DNA from: Bacteroidota bacterium
Lineage (GTDB): Bacteria; Bacteroidota; Ignavibacteria; Ignavibacteriales; Melioribacteraceae
Length of the DNA stretch: 64,000 nucleotides
Assembly (NCBI GenBank): GCA_040756515.1
Contig: JBFLYW010000001.1
Span: forward strand, 169,840-233,839
Direction of reading: 5' to 3'
Shown here: positions 48,981 through 59,730 of the stretch, piece by piece
How positions within the stretch are numbered: the stretch's first letter is position 1
Layout: each line of letters opens with the position of its first letter
Program-made: the position numbers and the translations under genes
The notes under the pieces: model-generated
Seen by the model: only the letters and a program-made list of their open reading frames with translations
Told to the model about the DNA's origin: nothing
The model's database searches: none

Positions 48981-50363
48981 TTATGAACGATTAATTAATT
49001 TATGCAGTTCTTGTTTACCATCATTTATTAATTTTTGTTCGTCGTAAATGTTGCAGATTCCTTTTTCAGAAACTATTTCGCCGTCAATCCAGACTTGTTT
49101 AACAGAATCTTTATTAGAGGAGTAGACAATTTTTGAATAAACAGAATCATCATAATTGTTAAGCGGCTGATCAGCTTTTTCGAGGTCTAACAAAACTAAG
49201 TCTGCTTTTTTACCTATCTCAATACTTCCAATTTCATTATCCATATGAAGAGCACGCGCACCATCAATAGTAGCAAGTTTAAAGACTGTTTTGGCATTCA
49301 TTGAGGTTGGGCTATGAATCGGTTTTTGTATCAGAGCAGCAAGATTCATCTCTCTGAATGCACTTAAGGAATTATTGCACGGGGCGCCATCGGCTCCTAA
49401 AGATACAGAGATTCCTCTTGATAACATGTACGGAATATTTGCTATTCCGCTACCAAGTTTAAGATTTGAAGAAGGACAGTGTGCAGCGCGTACGTTATGA
49501 TTCTTTAACAAATCGTACTCATTGCTGTTCAAATGGATACAATGGGCAAGTACTGCTCTTTCGTTTAAAATTCCGATTGAATCGAAGTATTCTATATTAG
49601 ATTTACCGTGCATCTTTTTAACAACTTCCAATTCTTGCTTGTTTTCAGAAGCATGCGTATGAAAAAAAGATCCATGGAAATCATTCATCATTTCTCTTGT
49701 TTCGACCAATAATTTTTCCGAGCACGTTAAAACAAATCTTGGTGCAAATGCATATTTAATTTTTCCGTTGGACGAGTTATGGAATTCCGCCGCTAAATTA
49801 CGAGCAGATTCTATTCCTTCTTTTGTAGACTCGCAAAAGTCTGGGTACAAATCGTTCATGTCAATCATGCATTTGCCGGCAAATGCTCTTATACCCGAAT
49901 TGGCAAGTTCTTCGAAAATAACTTCCTGATGTCTGAGCGTCCCCATGTCAACAATAGTAGTAGTTCCTCCAGAAATAAGTTCATTTAATCCGAGCTGTAC
50001 AGATATCTTCAAGGAATTTTTATTGTGAGCATTTTCGAAGGGGAAAATTTTTTTCTGTAACCAGTCCAGTAATTCGAGATCATCTGCAAGACCGCGGAAT
50101 AAAGTCTGGCAAAGGTGAATATGTGTCTGAACAAATCCCGGAACTAAAGTATAGTTCTCAAAATTGTAAACTTCGCCGTCATAATTATGAATATCAAATT
50201 CCGTTAATGGTGCGATTTTGTTGATAAGAGAATCGGCAATTTCAATTCCATGATTGGTAAGAATTCTGTCTCTTAAATCGGCAGTTACAATTATTTGAGG
50301 TATTATAAGTTTATTCACTTTTCTTTTTTTCATCGAATATCTCATCCATCTTTTCAACTGCAT
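48981..50363 (-). CDS. Amidohydrolase-superfamily deaminase (MTA/SAH-deaminase or chlorohydrolase-like)
   Basis: 460 aa. PGFVQTHIHLCQT (HxH metal site), HASE, HCIH and GADG motifs of the cytosine-deaminase-like amidohydrolases. The real start is probably downstream of 50363, because the first codons overlap the preceding gene. Confidence 0.75.
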   Translation of the reverse strand: MQLKRWMRYSMKKRKVNKLIIPQIIVTADLRDRILTNHGIEIADSLINKIAPLTEFDIHNYDGEVYNFENYTLVPGFVQTHIHLCQTLFRGLADDLELLDWLQKKIFPFENAHNKNSLKISVQLGLNELISGGTTTIVDMGTLRHQEVIFEELANSGIRAFAGKCMIDMNDLYPDFCESTKEGIESARNLAAEFHNSSNGKIKYAFAPRFVLTCSEKLLVETREMMNDFHGSFFHTHASENKQELEVVKKMHGKSNIEYFDSIGILNERAVLAHCIHLNSNEYDLLKNHNVRAAHCPSSNLKLGSGIANIPYMLSRGISVSLGADGAPCNNSLSAFREMNLAALIQKPIHSPTSMNAKTVFKLATIDGARALHMDNEIGSIEIGKKADLVLLDLEKADQPLNNYDDSVYSKIVYSSNKDSVKQVWIDGEIVSEKGICNIYDEQKLINDGKQELHKLINRS

Positions 50364-50670
50364 AACGTAAATGTGGAATTACGATCGAGCCGCCGACAAT
50401 CAATGCGATATTGAATGATTCGTATAATTCCTGTTCAGAAGCGCCTTCTTGAATAGAACGGTCGATATGATAAAGAATACAGTCGTTGCATCGTAATACC
50501 ATTGAAGCAACCAATCCCATTAGTTCTTTTGTTTTAGAAGGTAATGCGCCTTGAATGTAAGCTTTATTATCCAGAGCAAAGAATTTATTAAAATCCCGGA
50601 ATCCCGAGTTAAGGATTCTATCATTCATTTCTGCCCTGTAAGCGCGGAATTCATTAACTGTTGTTTTCAT
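50311..50670 (-). CDS. Carboxymuconolactone decarboxylase (AhpD-like) family protein
   Basis: 119 aa. An AhpD-fold CxxC-type motif (RCNDCILYH) in a small all-helical protein. Confidence 0.78.
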   Translation of the reverse strand: MKTTVNEFRAYRAEMNDRILNSGFRDFNKFFALDNKAYIQGALPSKTKELMGLVASMVLRCNDCILYHIDRSIQEGASEQELYESFNIALIVGGSIVIPHLRYAVEKMDEIFDEKKKSE

Positions 50671-50679
50671 GTAACCTCT

Positions 50680-53505
50680 CTATTTACGTAATAGTTCTTT
50701 CTTTAGAAACTTACCAGTAATGCTTTCTGGATTTTCACTAATTTCTTCCGGTGTTCCTGTTGCAATAATTTTTCCGCCATATTCTCCCCCGCCAGGGCCC
50801 AAATCAATTATATGATCTGCAACTTTAATTACATCAAGATTATGTTCCACTACAATTATTGTATTACCTTTATTAACCAGTTGTGTTAAAACCTTAAGCA
50901 AAATTCTTACATCTTCAAAATGTAATCCTGTGGTTGGTTCATCCAGAACATAAAGAGTTTTACCGGTACTTACCTTGCTTAATTCCGTAGCAAGTTTAAC
51001 GCGTTGGGCTTCGCCGCCTGATAAAGTTGTAGCTTGCTGACCTAACTTTAGATATCCTAATCCAACATCATTTAGAGCTGATATCTTTCTGCTTATTGCA
51101 GGAAAATCCTGAAAAAATTCCACAGCACATTTAACCGTCATTTCCAATATATCCGCGATGGATTTAGTCCGGTATAAAATTTCCAGCGTTTCCCTATTAT
51201 ATCTTTTCCCTAGGCACGATTCACACGTTACGTACACATCCGGTAAGAAATTCATTTCAATTTTTTTAACACCGTCACCTTCGCACTCTTCGCATCTTCC
51301 GCCTGAAACATTAAAACTGAATCTTCCGGCAGAGTAACCTCTCATTTTAGATTCCGGCAGTTGAGCAAAAAGATCTCTTATGTGAGTAAATAGACCGGTA
51401 TATGTAGCAGGATTTGAACGAGGGGTTCTTCCTATAGGCGATTGATTAATTTCAATTATCTTATCAATAAATTCAAGTCCATTCACTTCTTTATAAGGTA
51501 GAGGAACAACTTTGGAATCGTAGATTTTTTTATACAGTATTTTAACAAGAGTATGGTTGATCAAAGAAGATTTGCCTGATCCACTAACTCCAGTTACAGC
51601 GGTAAATAATCCAACCGGAATTATTAGATTAACATTTTTAAGATTATTTCCCGCCGCCCCGTTTAGTACAATATTCTTTCCGTTACTTTGTTTACGAACA
51701 ACAGGTACTTCGATTCTTTTTTTGTTTTTTAAGTACTGAATAGTTAAAGAGTTCATTCCATTTTTGGATTTTAAAATTTCTTCTGTGCTGCCTCTAACAC
51801 AAACTTCACCGCCGTGTTCTCCGGCAAATGGTCCCAGATCCACTATATAATCAGAGCTTTCAATTGTTTCTCTATCGTGTTCAACAACAATTACAGTATT
51901 GCCAATATCACGCAAGTTTTTAAGTGAATTTACAAGTTTGATATTATCAGACTGATGAAGACCAATACTTGGTTCATCTAAAACATATAAAACGCCTGAA
52001 AGCTGCGAACCGATTTGTGTCGCTAATCTAATTCTCTGAGATTCACCGCCAGAAAGTGTATTTGCCCTTCTGTCCAATGTAAGGTAATCAAGTCCCACAT
52101 TTAATAAGAATTCTAATCGTGATATAATCTCTTTTAATATTTGTTTGGCAATAAGTTCTTCACGACCGCTAAGTTTAATATTCTTAAAGAACTGGAAGCA
52201 TTTCTCAATCGATAAACTGGCTACTTCTGCAATGTTCAAATCATTTATTCTAACTGCAAGAGGTTCTTTTTTTAATCTTCCGCCTTTACATGATGAGCAT
52301 GTTTTTGTATTCATGAAAGATTCTGCCCACTCGCGTATTTTATTTGATGAAGTATTATCATAGTAATGTTTAATATAATTTACAACACCGCCGAATTTAT
52401 GCATATAAGTAACAGTTCTTCCGCCACCGTAAGTGTACTTGAAAGGGATTTTTTCTTTTGAACCGAATAAAAGAATTTCCCATTGTTCATCATTAAAATT
52501 CTTTAATGGAGTATCGTAATTAAATCCATACTTTTCAGCAATGCATTCAAGTTGATTGAAAAACCAGATATTACGCGGTTTGCCAAGTGAAGCTATTCCT
52601 TCCTGATTTATTGACTTATCTTTGTCAGGAATAATTAAGTTAATATCTAATTCCTTTTTTTCGCCCAGTCCGTCACAATCCGGACAAGAACCATAAGGCG
52701 AGTTAAAAGAGAAAGAATTGGGAGCTAATTCCTGAAATCCAATTCCGCAATGAGCGCACGCAAAATTTCTGCTGAACCAATAATCTTCTCCGCCGTCATT
52801 AATAATCAGATTCCCATTTCCATAGTTTAATGCAACTTCAACAGATTGCCGAATTCTGTAACGTGATGTAGCGTTAACTTTCATTCTGTCAACAACTAAT
52901 TCTATATCATGGGTTTTATATCTATCAACTTTAAAGTCATCTATTATTTCTTTTACTTCCCCATCAACTCTTACTCTTAGAAAACCATCACGAATTATCT
53001 CTTGAAAAAGTTCTCTGTAATGCCCTTTTCTGCCTCTAACGACAGGTGCAAGCAACTGAATTTTTTTATCATCGAAATCATTTAGAATTGTTTCGATAAT
53101 CTGATCTGATGATTGCTTCTCAACAGGTCGTCCGCAGTTATAGCAATAAACTTTTCCAACGCGCGCAAATAATAATCTTAGAAAGTCATAAATTTCATTT
53201 ACAGTGCCAACAGTAGACCTGGGATTTCCGGCGGTTGATTTTTGCTCAATGGAAATTGCCGGGCTTAAACCCTCAATTAAATCAACATCCGGTTTCTCAA
53301 GTATGTTAAGAAATTGTCTCGCATAAGATGAAAGAGATTCAATGTATCTTCTTTGCCCTTCAGCGTAAATAGTATCGAATGCTAATGAGGATTTGCCCGA
53401 ACCAGAAAGTCCTGTTATAACTACAAAAGAATCCCGCGGAAGTTCAAGATCTATATTCTTGAGGTTATGTTCCCGCGCTCCTTTGATTAAAATTTTATTA
53501 AACAC
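50680..53505 (-). CDS. uvrA: Excinuclease ABC subunit A
   Basis: 941 aa. Two ABC modules (GLSGSGKSSLAFDT and GVSGSGKSSLIN Walker A, with two LSGGE signatures) and zinc-finger CxxC pairs. Confidence 0.97.
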   Translation of the reverse strand: MFNKILIKGAREHNLKNIDLELPRDSFVVITGLSGSGKSSLAFDTIYAEGQRRYIESLSSYARQFLNILEKPDVDLIEGLSPAISIEQKSTAGNPRSTVGTVNEIYDFLRLLFARVGKVYCYNCGRPVEKQSSDQIIETILNDFDDKKIQLLAPVVRGRKGHYRELFQEIIRDGFLRVRVDGEVKEIIDDFKVDRYKTHDIELVVDRMKVNATSRYRIRQSVEVALNYGNGNLIINDGGEDYWFSRNFACAHCGIGFQELAPNSFSFNSPYGSCPDCDGLGEKKELDINLIIPDKDKSINQEGIASLGKPRNIWFFNQLECIAEKYGFNYDTPLKNFNDEQWEILLFGSKEKIPFKYTYGGGRTVTYMHKFGGVVNYIKHYYDNTSSNKIREWAESFMNTKTCSSCKGGRLKKEPLAVRINDLNIAEVASLSIEKCFQFFKNIKLSGREELIAKQILKEIISRLEFLLNVGLDYLTLDRRANTLSGGESQRIRLATQIGSQLSGVLYVLDEPSIGLHQSDNIKLVNSLKNLRDIGNTVIVVEHDRETIESSDYIVDLGPFAGEHGGEVCVRGSTEEILKSKNGMNSLTIQYLKNKKRIEVPVVRKQSNGKNIVLNGAAGNNLKNVNLIIPVGLFTAVTGVSGSGKSSLINHTLVKILYKKIYDSKVVPLPYKEVNGLEFIDKIIEINQSPIGRTPRSNPATYTGLFTHIRDLFAQLPESKMRGYSAGRFSFNVSGGRCEECEGDGVKKIEMNFLPDVYVTCESCLGKRYNRETLEILYRTKSIADILEMTVKCAVEFFQDFPAISRKISALNDVGLGYLKLGQQATTLSGGEAQRVKLATELSKVSTGKTLYVLDEPTTGLHFEDVRILLKVLTQLVNKGNTIIVVEHNLDVIKVADHIIDLGPGGGEYGGKIIATGTPEEISENPESITGKFLKKELLRK

Positions 53506-53587
53506 GTCCAGTTTGATAAATTTGCCAAAGTTTAATTTGTTATTTTAGACAAACGGATAACTAAAATCAATTTCCATTATATATTTT

Positions 53588-54214
53588 TTGAAACAATACC
53601 CTAACCACATAACAACAATATTGGGAAAAAACGAATTCCGATTAAAAGAGAAAAGTTCGCTTTTTATTTCCCAAGCATTTCATGTTGAATCTGCGGATAC
53701 TGCCAATAAAATCCTGAAGGAAACAAAAAGGAATTTTTTTGATGCCTCTCATAATTGCTATGCTTATAAATTGAGCGATGGAATTATTAAATATTCTGAT
53801 GATGGAGAGATGAATGGAACCGCCGGTATTCGAATCTTGAATGCTATTAATCACGAAAATCTTTTTAATCTGATTGTAATTGTTACAAGATATTTTGGTG
53901 GAACTAAGTTAGGTGTTGGACTTCTTGGCAAAACATATTATAACTCGGCAATTCAGGTTTTAAAATTTACTAAGAGATATCAGCAACAACTATACTTGCG
54001 TGCAGCTATGTACTTCGATTTCGAACATTCTAAAATAGTTCATCGAATGATTTCGAAATATGCAGTCAAAACAGAGAAAACTGAATTTACTGAATCAACA
54101 AAAATATTCTGTTTAATTCCATCAGCAGACATCGAAAAATTTATCTCTGAAATCACAGCTCATTCTCATTCTAAAGTAAAAATTTCAGTAAGTAATACTC
54201 ACGTATATCTATAA
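53588..54214 (+). CDS. yigZ: YigZ / IMPACT (UPF0029) family protein
   Basis: 208 aa. KGSLFISQAFHV-like start, HNCYAY, DDGE..GTAG and VVTRYFGG.KLG motifs of the IMPACT N-domain. Confidence 0.75.
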   Translation: MKQYPNHITTILGKNEFRLKEKSSLFISQAFHVESADTANKILKETKRNFFDASHNCYAYKLSDGIIKYSDDGEMNGTAGIRILNAINHENLFNLIVIVTRYFGGTKLGVGLLGKTYYNSAIQVLKFTKRYQQQLYLRAAMYFDFEHSKIVHRMISKYAVKTEKTEFTESTKIFCLIPSADIEKFISEITAHSHSKVKISVSNTHVYL

Positions 54215-54348
54215 TTCTTACATTAATTACTGAGTATGACACCAATTAATCCAACCAAGAATTTTTAATCAGATATAGTTATTTGATTTGATTTTATTCA
54301 AGAAACAAACTAATTTTATGCAGACTGAATCTAAATAGTGAGCAAATT

Positions 54349-54801
54349 TTGATGCATGCAGCTGCAATAGAGGAATTTCGGCAGTATCTAAAAAAAGAGA
54401 ATCATAGAATTACTCCAGAAAGATTCGAAGTTTTAGACTACGCATTAGACTATGAAGGGCATTTTGGAGCTGATGAGCTTTACGTAAAAATGAAAAGCAA
54501 CAGTTCCAATGTATCGCGTGCAACTGTCTATAACACATTAGAACTTCTTGCCTCGTGCGATTTACTTTCTAAAAGAAATTTTGGTGAAAATAAAACCCGG
54601 TACGAGTCTAATTTCAATAGAAATAGCCACGAGCATCTTATATGCATCAACTGCGGCACAATAAAGGAATTTTCGGAACCGCAAATAGAAGTAATAGTAA
54701 GAGAAGCCGCTGAAAAACTCGGCTTCGTATCAACCGGTCATTCATTCAATATTTTTGGTAAATGTTCAAATACTAATTGCAAACAAAATAAAAATGTCTA
54801 A
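54349..54801 (+). CDS. fur: Fur family transcriptional regulator
   Basis: 150 aa. Winged-helix region (RITPERFEVL...VSRATVYNTLELL) and metal-site motifs HEHLICINCG ... a second Cys pair at the C-terminus. The ATG at 54352 is an alternative start. Confidence 0.85.
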   Translation: MMHAAAIEEFRQYLKKENHRITPERFEVLDYALDYEGHFGADELYVKMKSNSSNVSRATVYNTLELLASCDLLSKRNFGENKTRYESNFNRNSHEHLICINCGTIKEFSEPQIEVIVREAAEKLGFVSTGHSFNIFGKCSNTNCKQNKNV

Positions 54802-55021
54802 TAGCACTTTAGATAAAGCCATAAAAGGAAAGATTGTTACCATTTTAAATTTACCTTCAGGAGATATCCGACCTCAATTAATAAGATTAGGATTAACGGA
54901 AGGCGGTACAATTAAATGTGTAGAAAGACTGCCAGGTGGAACTATTGTCGTCCAGAAGAACAGGCAGGAAATAGCAGTAGGTTACGATCTCGCAAAAAAA
55001 ATTAAAGTAATTCTTCAATAA
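54794..55021 (+). CDS. feoA: Ferrous iron transport protein A
   Basis: The track ORF is trimmed to the ATG at 54794 (MSNSTLDKAIKGKIVTI...RLGLTEGGTIKCV...), a small SH3-like FeoA. It overlaps the fur stop by 8 nt. Confidence 0.8.
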   Translation: MSNSTLDKAIKGKIVTILNLPSGDIRPQLIRLGLTEGGTIKCVERLPGGTIVVQKNRQEIAVGYDLAKKIKVILQ

Positions 55022-55029
55022 AGGTTTTT

Positions 55030-57063
55030 ATGAAATCTGATAATATTATCAATTCTAATAATAGTGACCGAGTGACTTTTGAAAATTCTGTTAGCGAATA
55101 TGAGATAAAAGAAAAAGCTGTTCTGGTTGGAAATCCAAATGTCGGTAAATCCTGCATATTTAATTTTATGAGCGGAATGTACGTTGATGTTTCGAACTTT
55201 CCCGGCACAACCGTATCAATCACAAAAAGTAATTATTATGGTAAGGAAATTTTTGATACCCCGGGGATCTATGGTGTATCTTCATTTAACGAAGAAGAAA
55301 GAGTTGCAAAAGAGATTATTCTGGATTCGGAGATTATAATTAATGTGGTAAATGCTTTACATCTTGAAAGGGACCTCTTCCTAACCCTTCAACTTATTGA
55401 TATGGGAAAAAGAATAACTGTTTTGCTGAATTTTACAGACGAAATAAAAAAACGAAAAATAAAAATTGATACAAAAAAACTTTCTGAACTATTAGGTGTG
55501 CAAGTAATTGAGACTTCTGCAATTAATAACACCGGTTTAGATAAGATAGAATCCGCAATTCAAGACGCACGTGTTGGAAACCAACGCCTCGATCTCCATT
55601 TTATGCTGCAAAATATTATGGAGCAGTCAATCCCACAGGCAGAAGCATTACTTATTTTAGAAGGTGATGAAAGAACAGCAAATAAGTATAATGTTGCTTG
55701 CGGAACTCCAGATGAAAGGGAAAAAATATATGTAAACAGAAGGAATAATGTTAACGAAATTGTAGATCAGGTTGAGTATGAAGATACTAAATCCGGTGAG
55801 TTCTTTAATAGAGTGGGTCGTCTTTCACTTAATCCTAAAACCGGTTTACCAATATTAGCTCTAATTCTTGTACTTATTTATTTCTTTATAGGAGATTTCG
55901 TTTCTCAGCAAATCGTGGATTTTACAGAAAACAAGATTGGCAAAGAAATATTTGAATATAAAGTTAAATCATTTGTTGCCAATTATACTTCAACTACAAT
56001 TGATGTCCGTGTTCAAGATGAAAACGAAAATTTGATCAGTTTAAAAACATTTAATTTTCCTGAAGGAAAGAACGCAGATAATATGCTTAGCGAGGAATTC
56101 TCCAATTATTCAAGCCAACCTGGCGCTTCCTCAGAATTTCATTTCAGTAATCCTATAGAAAGACTTTTCTTCGGTGAATTTGGTGCGATAACAATGACTA
56201 TTACTTATTTACTGTTTCTTCTCTTCCCTTTAGTGTTCGGGTTTTACTTTGTGATGGCGTTGCTTGAAGACAGCGGATATTTACCCCGTTTAGCAACAAT
56301 GTTGGACAGAACTTTTAATAAGATCGGGCTAAACGGCAGAGCCGTAATTCCAATAATGCTCGGTTTTGGATGTATTACGATGGCAAATATTACAACACGT
56401 CTGTTAGGTTCCGATAGAGAAAAATCAATTGTTACTGCTATTCTACAATTTGTAATACCTTGTTCTGCTCAGTTAGCAGTAATAACCGTACTTTTAAGCG
56501 GTGCTGGTTTACAGCCTTTATTGATCTTTCTCTTTGCAATATCAAGTGTTCTAATTACGCTTTCCACCATATTAAATAAATTATTACCGGGCGAATACAC
56601 TCCTCTATTGATAGACTTACCTATCATGGGTATTCCAAAACTTAAAAATGTTTTTAAGAAAACATATTACAGAAGCTGGGGTTTTATGAAAGAAGCGAGC
56701 TTCTGGTTCTTCGTTGGTGCTTTCGCAGTTGGAATTTTTGAAATTACCGGAATACTAAAAATCTGGCAAGATTTTTTAGCACCATTAACAACACAATGGC
56801 TGAAACTTCCCAAAGAAGCTGCCACTGCATTTGTGATGGGTATGGTTAGAAGAGATTTTGGTGCTGCCGGGTTATTCGACTTGCAATTATCAGCTATGCA
56901 AATTACAGTTGCCATTATTACAATTACATTGTTCGTTCCATGTATTGCATCTTTTGTTGTAATGCTAAAAGAACGCGGATTAAAAGAAGGATTGATTGTT
57001 TGGGCTGGCACCTGGGTTACTGCCTTCATTATAGGTGGAATTGTAGCACAGATTGTAATTTAG
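55030..57063 (+). CDS. feoB: Ferrous iron transporter FeoB
   Basis: 677 aa. N-terminal G-domain (VGNPNVGKS, DTPG) followed by a polytopic permease domain with gate motifs. Confidence 0.9.
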   Translation: MKSDNIINSNNSDRVTFENSVSEYEIKEKAVLVGNPNVGKSCIFNFMSGMYVDVSNFPGTTVSITKSNYYGKEIFDTPGIYGVSSFNEEERVAKEIILDSEIIINVVNALHLERDLFLTLQLIDMGKRITVLLNFTDEIKKRKIKIDTKKLSELLGVQVIETSAINNTGLDKIESAIQDARVGNQRLDLHFMLQNIMEQSIPQAEALLILEGDERTANKYNVACGTPDEREKIYVNRRNNVNEIVDQVEYEDTKSGEFFNRVGRLSLNPKTGLPILALILVLIYFFIGDFVSQQIVDFTENKIGKEIFEYKVKSFVANYTSTTIDVRVQDENENLISLKTFNFPEGKNADNMLSEEFSNYSSQPGASSEFHFSNPIERLFFGEFGAITMTITYLLFLLFPLVFGFYFVMALLEDSGYLPRLATMLDRTFNKIGLNGRAVIPIMLGFGCITMANITTRLLGSDREKSIVTAILQFVIPCSAQLAVITVLLSGAGLQPLLIFLFAISSVLITLSTILNKLLPGEYTPLLIDLPIMGIPKLKNVFKKTYYRSWGFMKEASFWFFVGAFAVGIFEITGILKIWQDFLAPLTTQWLKLPKEAATAFVMGMVRRDFGAAGLFDLQLSAMQITVAIITITLFVPCIASFVVMLKERGLKEGLIVWAGTWVTAFIIGGIVAQIVI

Positions 57064-57068
57064 ATTTT

Positions 57069-57791
57069 ATGAAACAACCCAACTTACATAAATACCCTTT
57101 AATCTGGCGCAAGGACGATTTCTTTATTAAAATCTATTGCTCCATACCAAATGTTGCAACAGGTATATTGCTAACAACCAGCAAGAATGCTTTTATCATT
57201 GATCCGGGCGATGGAATTTTAAGAGATTTGAATCAGGATGTCGGACCTGAAATAATTTTACTTGTATCAGATATTTTTATTAGTCATGGTCATCACGATC
57301 ATGTTGGAGGTGTATGGTCGCTTCTAACTTATTTATCTGTACTTAGAAGGAAATCCCCTCTTTCAATTTACTTCCCTCAGGGTTGTGTGGAAATAGTTAG
57401 TATTTATAATGCTTTCAAAAAAGTTTATGGAAAAGAACTTTCGTATTCAATAATATTAAAACCCGTTACAAGTGAAAAAAGCTTTGTTAAGAACTCAATG
57501 AAAATAAAACCTTTTTCGGTTAACCATAGAGAATTAGGTCCAGATGGAATTACTTCGATTAGGATTCCATCTATGGGTTTTAAATTCACATATGATGGGA
57601 AGTCAATCTGCTATGGCGGTGATACAGCATATTCAGAAAACTTAGCGAAGAATGCAAGGTTTTCTGATTTAGCAATAATTGAAGCTGGTGCAAAAGATGA
57701 GTTAGGCAGTGAACTACATATGACTGTAGAACAAGCTTCTAAAATAGGATTAACTGCAAAGGAATATTTTTTGGTTCATGTGCCCGATTAG
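57069..57791 (+). CDS. MBL-fold metallo-hydrolase
   Basis: The track ORF 56940..57791 is trimmed to the ATG at 57069 (MKQPNLHK...), because the upstream part lies inside feoB. The SHGHHDHVGG (HxHxDH) motif is present. Confidence 0.7.
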   Translation: MKQPNLHKYPLIWRKDDFFIKIYCSIPNVATGILLTTSKNAFIIDPGDGILRDLNQDVGPEIILLVSDIFISHGHHDHVGGVWSLLTYLSVLRRKSPLSIYFPQGCVEIVSIYNAFKKVYGKELSYSIILKPVTSEKSFVKNSMKIKPFSVNHRELGPDGITSIRIPSMGFKFTYDGKSICYGGDTAYSENLAKNARFSDLAIIEAGAKDELGSELHMTVEQASKIGLTAKEYFLVHVPD

Positions 57792-57839
57792 TAGTATTTT
57801 GCTCTCCAAATGTTTTGAACAATTATATTTGAGGAAGTA

Positions 57840-59642
57840 ATGAAGAGATTATTATATGTAGTATTTCTTTTTATTCTTTCAGGTTCTGCAATTGCACAGA
57901 AAACCTGGAAAGATTCTGAAATTACTGCAAAAGATATAAAAGCCCATGTTTTTTACCTTGCCTCGGATGCAATGAATGGCAGATTTACTGGAACTAAAGA
58001 AGAACAGTTGGCAGGTGAATATATCAGTAACCAATTCAAATCATATGGACTTTTGCCCCTAATCAATGGAAGTTATTTCCAATCATTTCCATTTATCGAA
58101 AAGGTAGAACTTACTAAATCCAACTCTCTAACCATCGAAACTAACAAGAGGAAAAGAAATTTAATAGTAAAGAATGAATTTATTACAGCACCTTTTTCAG
58201 GTAAAAGAAATATTTCTTCTACTCTTGTATTTGTCGGTTATGGAATATCTGCATCCAAACTAAATTATGATGATTATGCAGGAATTGATGTAACAGGAAA
58301 AGTAGTTATTGCGCTGCGCTATCACCCTGAGCATGATAACGCTAAATCTGAATTTGAGCGGTATTCAACTTATAGACAAAAAGCTTCTGCTGCCCGCGAC
58401 AAAGGTGCCGCAGGAATTATTTTTGTAAATGGTTTCTTACCCAAAAACGATGAAGATCAATTGATGGAATTACGATACGATGGCGCCGGTTCAATAAAGG
58501 ATTTTTCTGTTCTTCAGATAAAAAGAAATATTCTTGTTGGTCTCTTAAAAGATGAAGCAGTTAATTTACTCGAGATTCAAAAAAAAATTGACCAGACGAA
58601 AAAACCTTCTTCATTTCAATTAAACAATAGTATTGTAACACTTTCAACAGAAGTTAAAGAAGTTGAAAAAGTTGGCAGAAACGTAATAGGTGTTTTGGAA
58701 GGCAATGATCCCGTTCTTAAAAATGAATATTTAGTAATCGGGGCTCATTACGATCATCTTGGAGTAGATCACCTTAGATCTTCTTCAATGTATAAGGGCA
58801 GCGAACCTCAAATCCACAATGGCGCAGATGATAATGCTTCTGGAACAACCGGACTGTTAGAATTAGCTGAAAAATTTGGAGCGCATAAAAATGAACTTAA
58901 ACGAAGCATAATTTATATTGCTTTTAGTGGCGAAGAACTCGGAATACTTGGTTCAACTTATTTTACTAATAATTCCCCTGTTCCTATCGATAAAATTATT
59001 GCTATGTTCAATATGGACATGGTAGGTCGGCTTAATGATGAGAGGTCATTGACTGTAATTGGTGCTGGAACTTCATCGAAATGGAAAGAACTCCTAAATG
59101 AGAAGAACAATTATAATTTCAAATTAGCACTTAACGACGGCGGCTCTGGCGGAAGCGATCATCAAGCATTCACAAATAAGAACATTCCTGTTCTATTCTT
59201 GTTTACAGGTACTCACACTGATTATCACAAACCATCCGATGATGCAGATAAAATAAATTTCGACGGTCAAGCAGATGTCATTAACTATGTCTATTCTATT
59301 GCAGATGCGGTCCAAAAATTTGACATCCGTCCAGATTTTGTAAAAGTTGAAGAGCCGGCTCAAAGGAATATTCCTCGTTCGCGCGTTGCTGTTGGAACCG
59401 TTCCTGAATTCGGTTTTAATGGAAACGGGTATAAAGTATCGGGAGTAACTGAAGGAGGTCCTGCTGCTAAAGGAGGAATGAAACCCGGCGATATAATTAT
59501 TAAGTTTGGCTCTAAAACTGTTAATAATATTTATGATTTTATGTATGCTATGGGGGAATTTGCCCCTGGCGATAAGGTTGATGTTGTTGTTTTAAGAGAC
59601 AGTAAAGAAGTTACACTCAATTTAGAGCTTGGTTCAAAATAA
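57840..59642 (+). CDS. M28 family zinc peptidase with PA and C-terminal PDZ domains
   Basis: 600 aa. Signal peptide, M28 metal-ligand blocks (GAHYDHLG, GADDNASG, FSGEELGILGS, SDHQAF) and a C-terminal PDZ-like GMKPGDIIIKFG. Confidence 0.85.
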   Translation: MKRLLYVVFLFILSGSAIAQKTWKDSEITAKDIKAHVFYLASDAMNGRFTGTKEEQLAGEYISNQFKSYGLLPLINGSYFQSFPFIEKVELTKSNSLTIETNKRKRNLIVKNEFITAPFSGKRNISSTLVFVGYGISASKLNYDDYAGIDVTGKVVIALRYHPEHDNAKSEFERYSTYRQKASAARDKGAAGIIFVNGFLPKNDEDQLMELRYDGAGSIKDFSVLQIKRNILVGLLKDEAVNLLEIQKKIDQTKKPSSFQLNNSIVTLSTEVKEVEKVGRNVIGVLEGNDPVLKNEYLVIGAHYDHLGVDHLRSSSMYKGSEPQIHNGADDNASGTTGLLELAEKFGAHKNELKRSIIYIAFSGEELGILGSTYFTNNSPVPIDKIIAMFNMDMVGRLNDERSLTVIGAGTSSKWKELLNEKNNYNFKLALNDGGSGGSDHQAFTNKNIPVLFLFTGTHTDYHKPSDDADKINFDGQADVINYVYSIADAVQKFDIRPDFVKVEEPAQRNIPRSRVAVGTVPEFGFNGNGYKVSGVTEGGPAAKGGMKPGDIIIKFGSKTVNNIYDFMYAMGEFAPGDKVDVVVLRDSKEVTLNLELGSK

Positions 59643-59730
59643 ATTTGGGTTTTAGGAAAGTCTCAACTATAAATCGGCACTGATTTTTAATTACATTCGA
59701 CTATTGAAAATGAAGAAATTTTGTTTCAGT

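Noticed and set aside
50311-50363. 53-nt overlap between the amidohydrolase and the CMD-family gene as a possible frameshift or fusion
   Set aside because: The overlap is more simply explained by an over-extended start call for the amidohydrolase, and the internal ATG at 50333 would shorten it. Both proteins are complete on their own.
54270-54348. Fur box upstream of fur-feoAB (for example TGATTTGATTTTATTCA)
   Set aside because: It has only loose AT-rich resemblance to the GATAATGATAATCATTATC consensus. In this AT-rich genome that is not distinguishable from background by eye.
56940-57068. 5' extension of the MBL hydrolase ORF into feoB
   Set aside because: The Cys/Arg-rich translation is an out-of-frame reading of the feoB 3' end. 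A well-placed ATG at 57069 follows the feoB stop.
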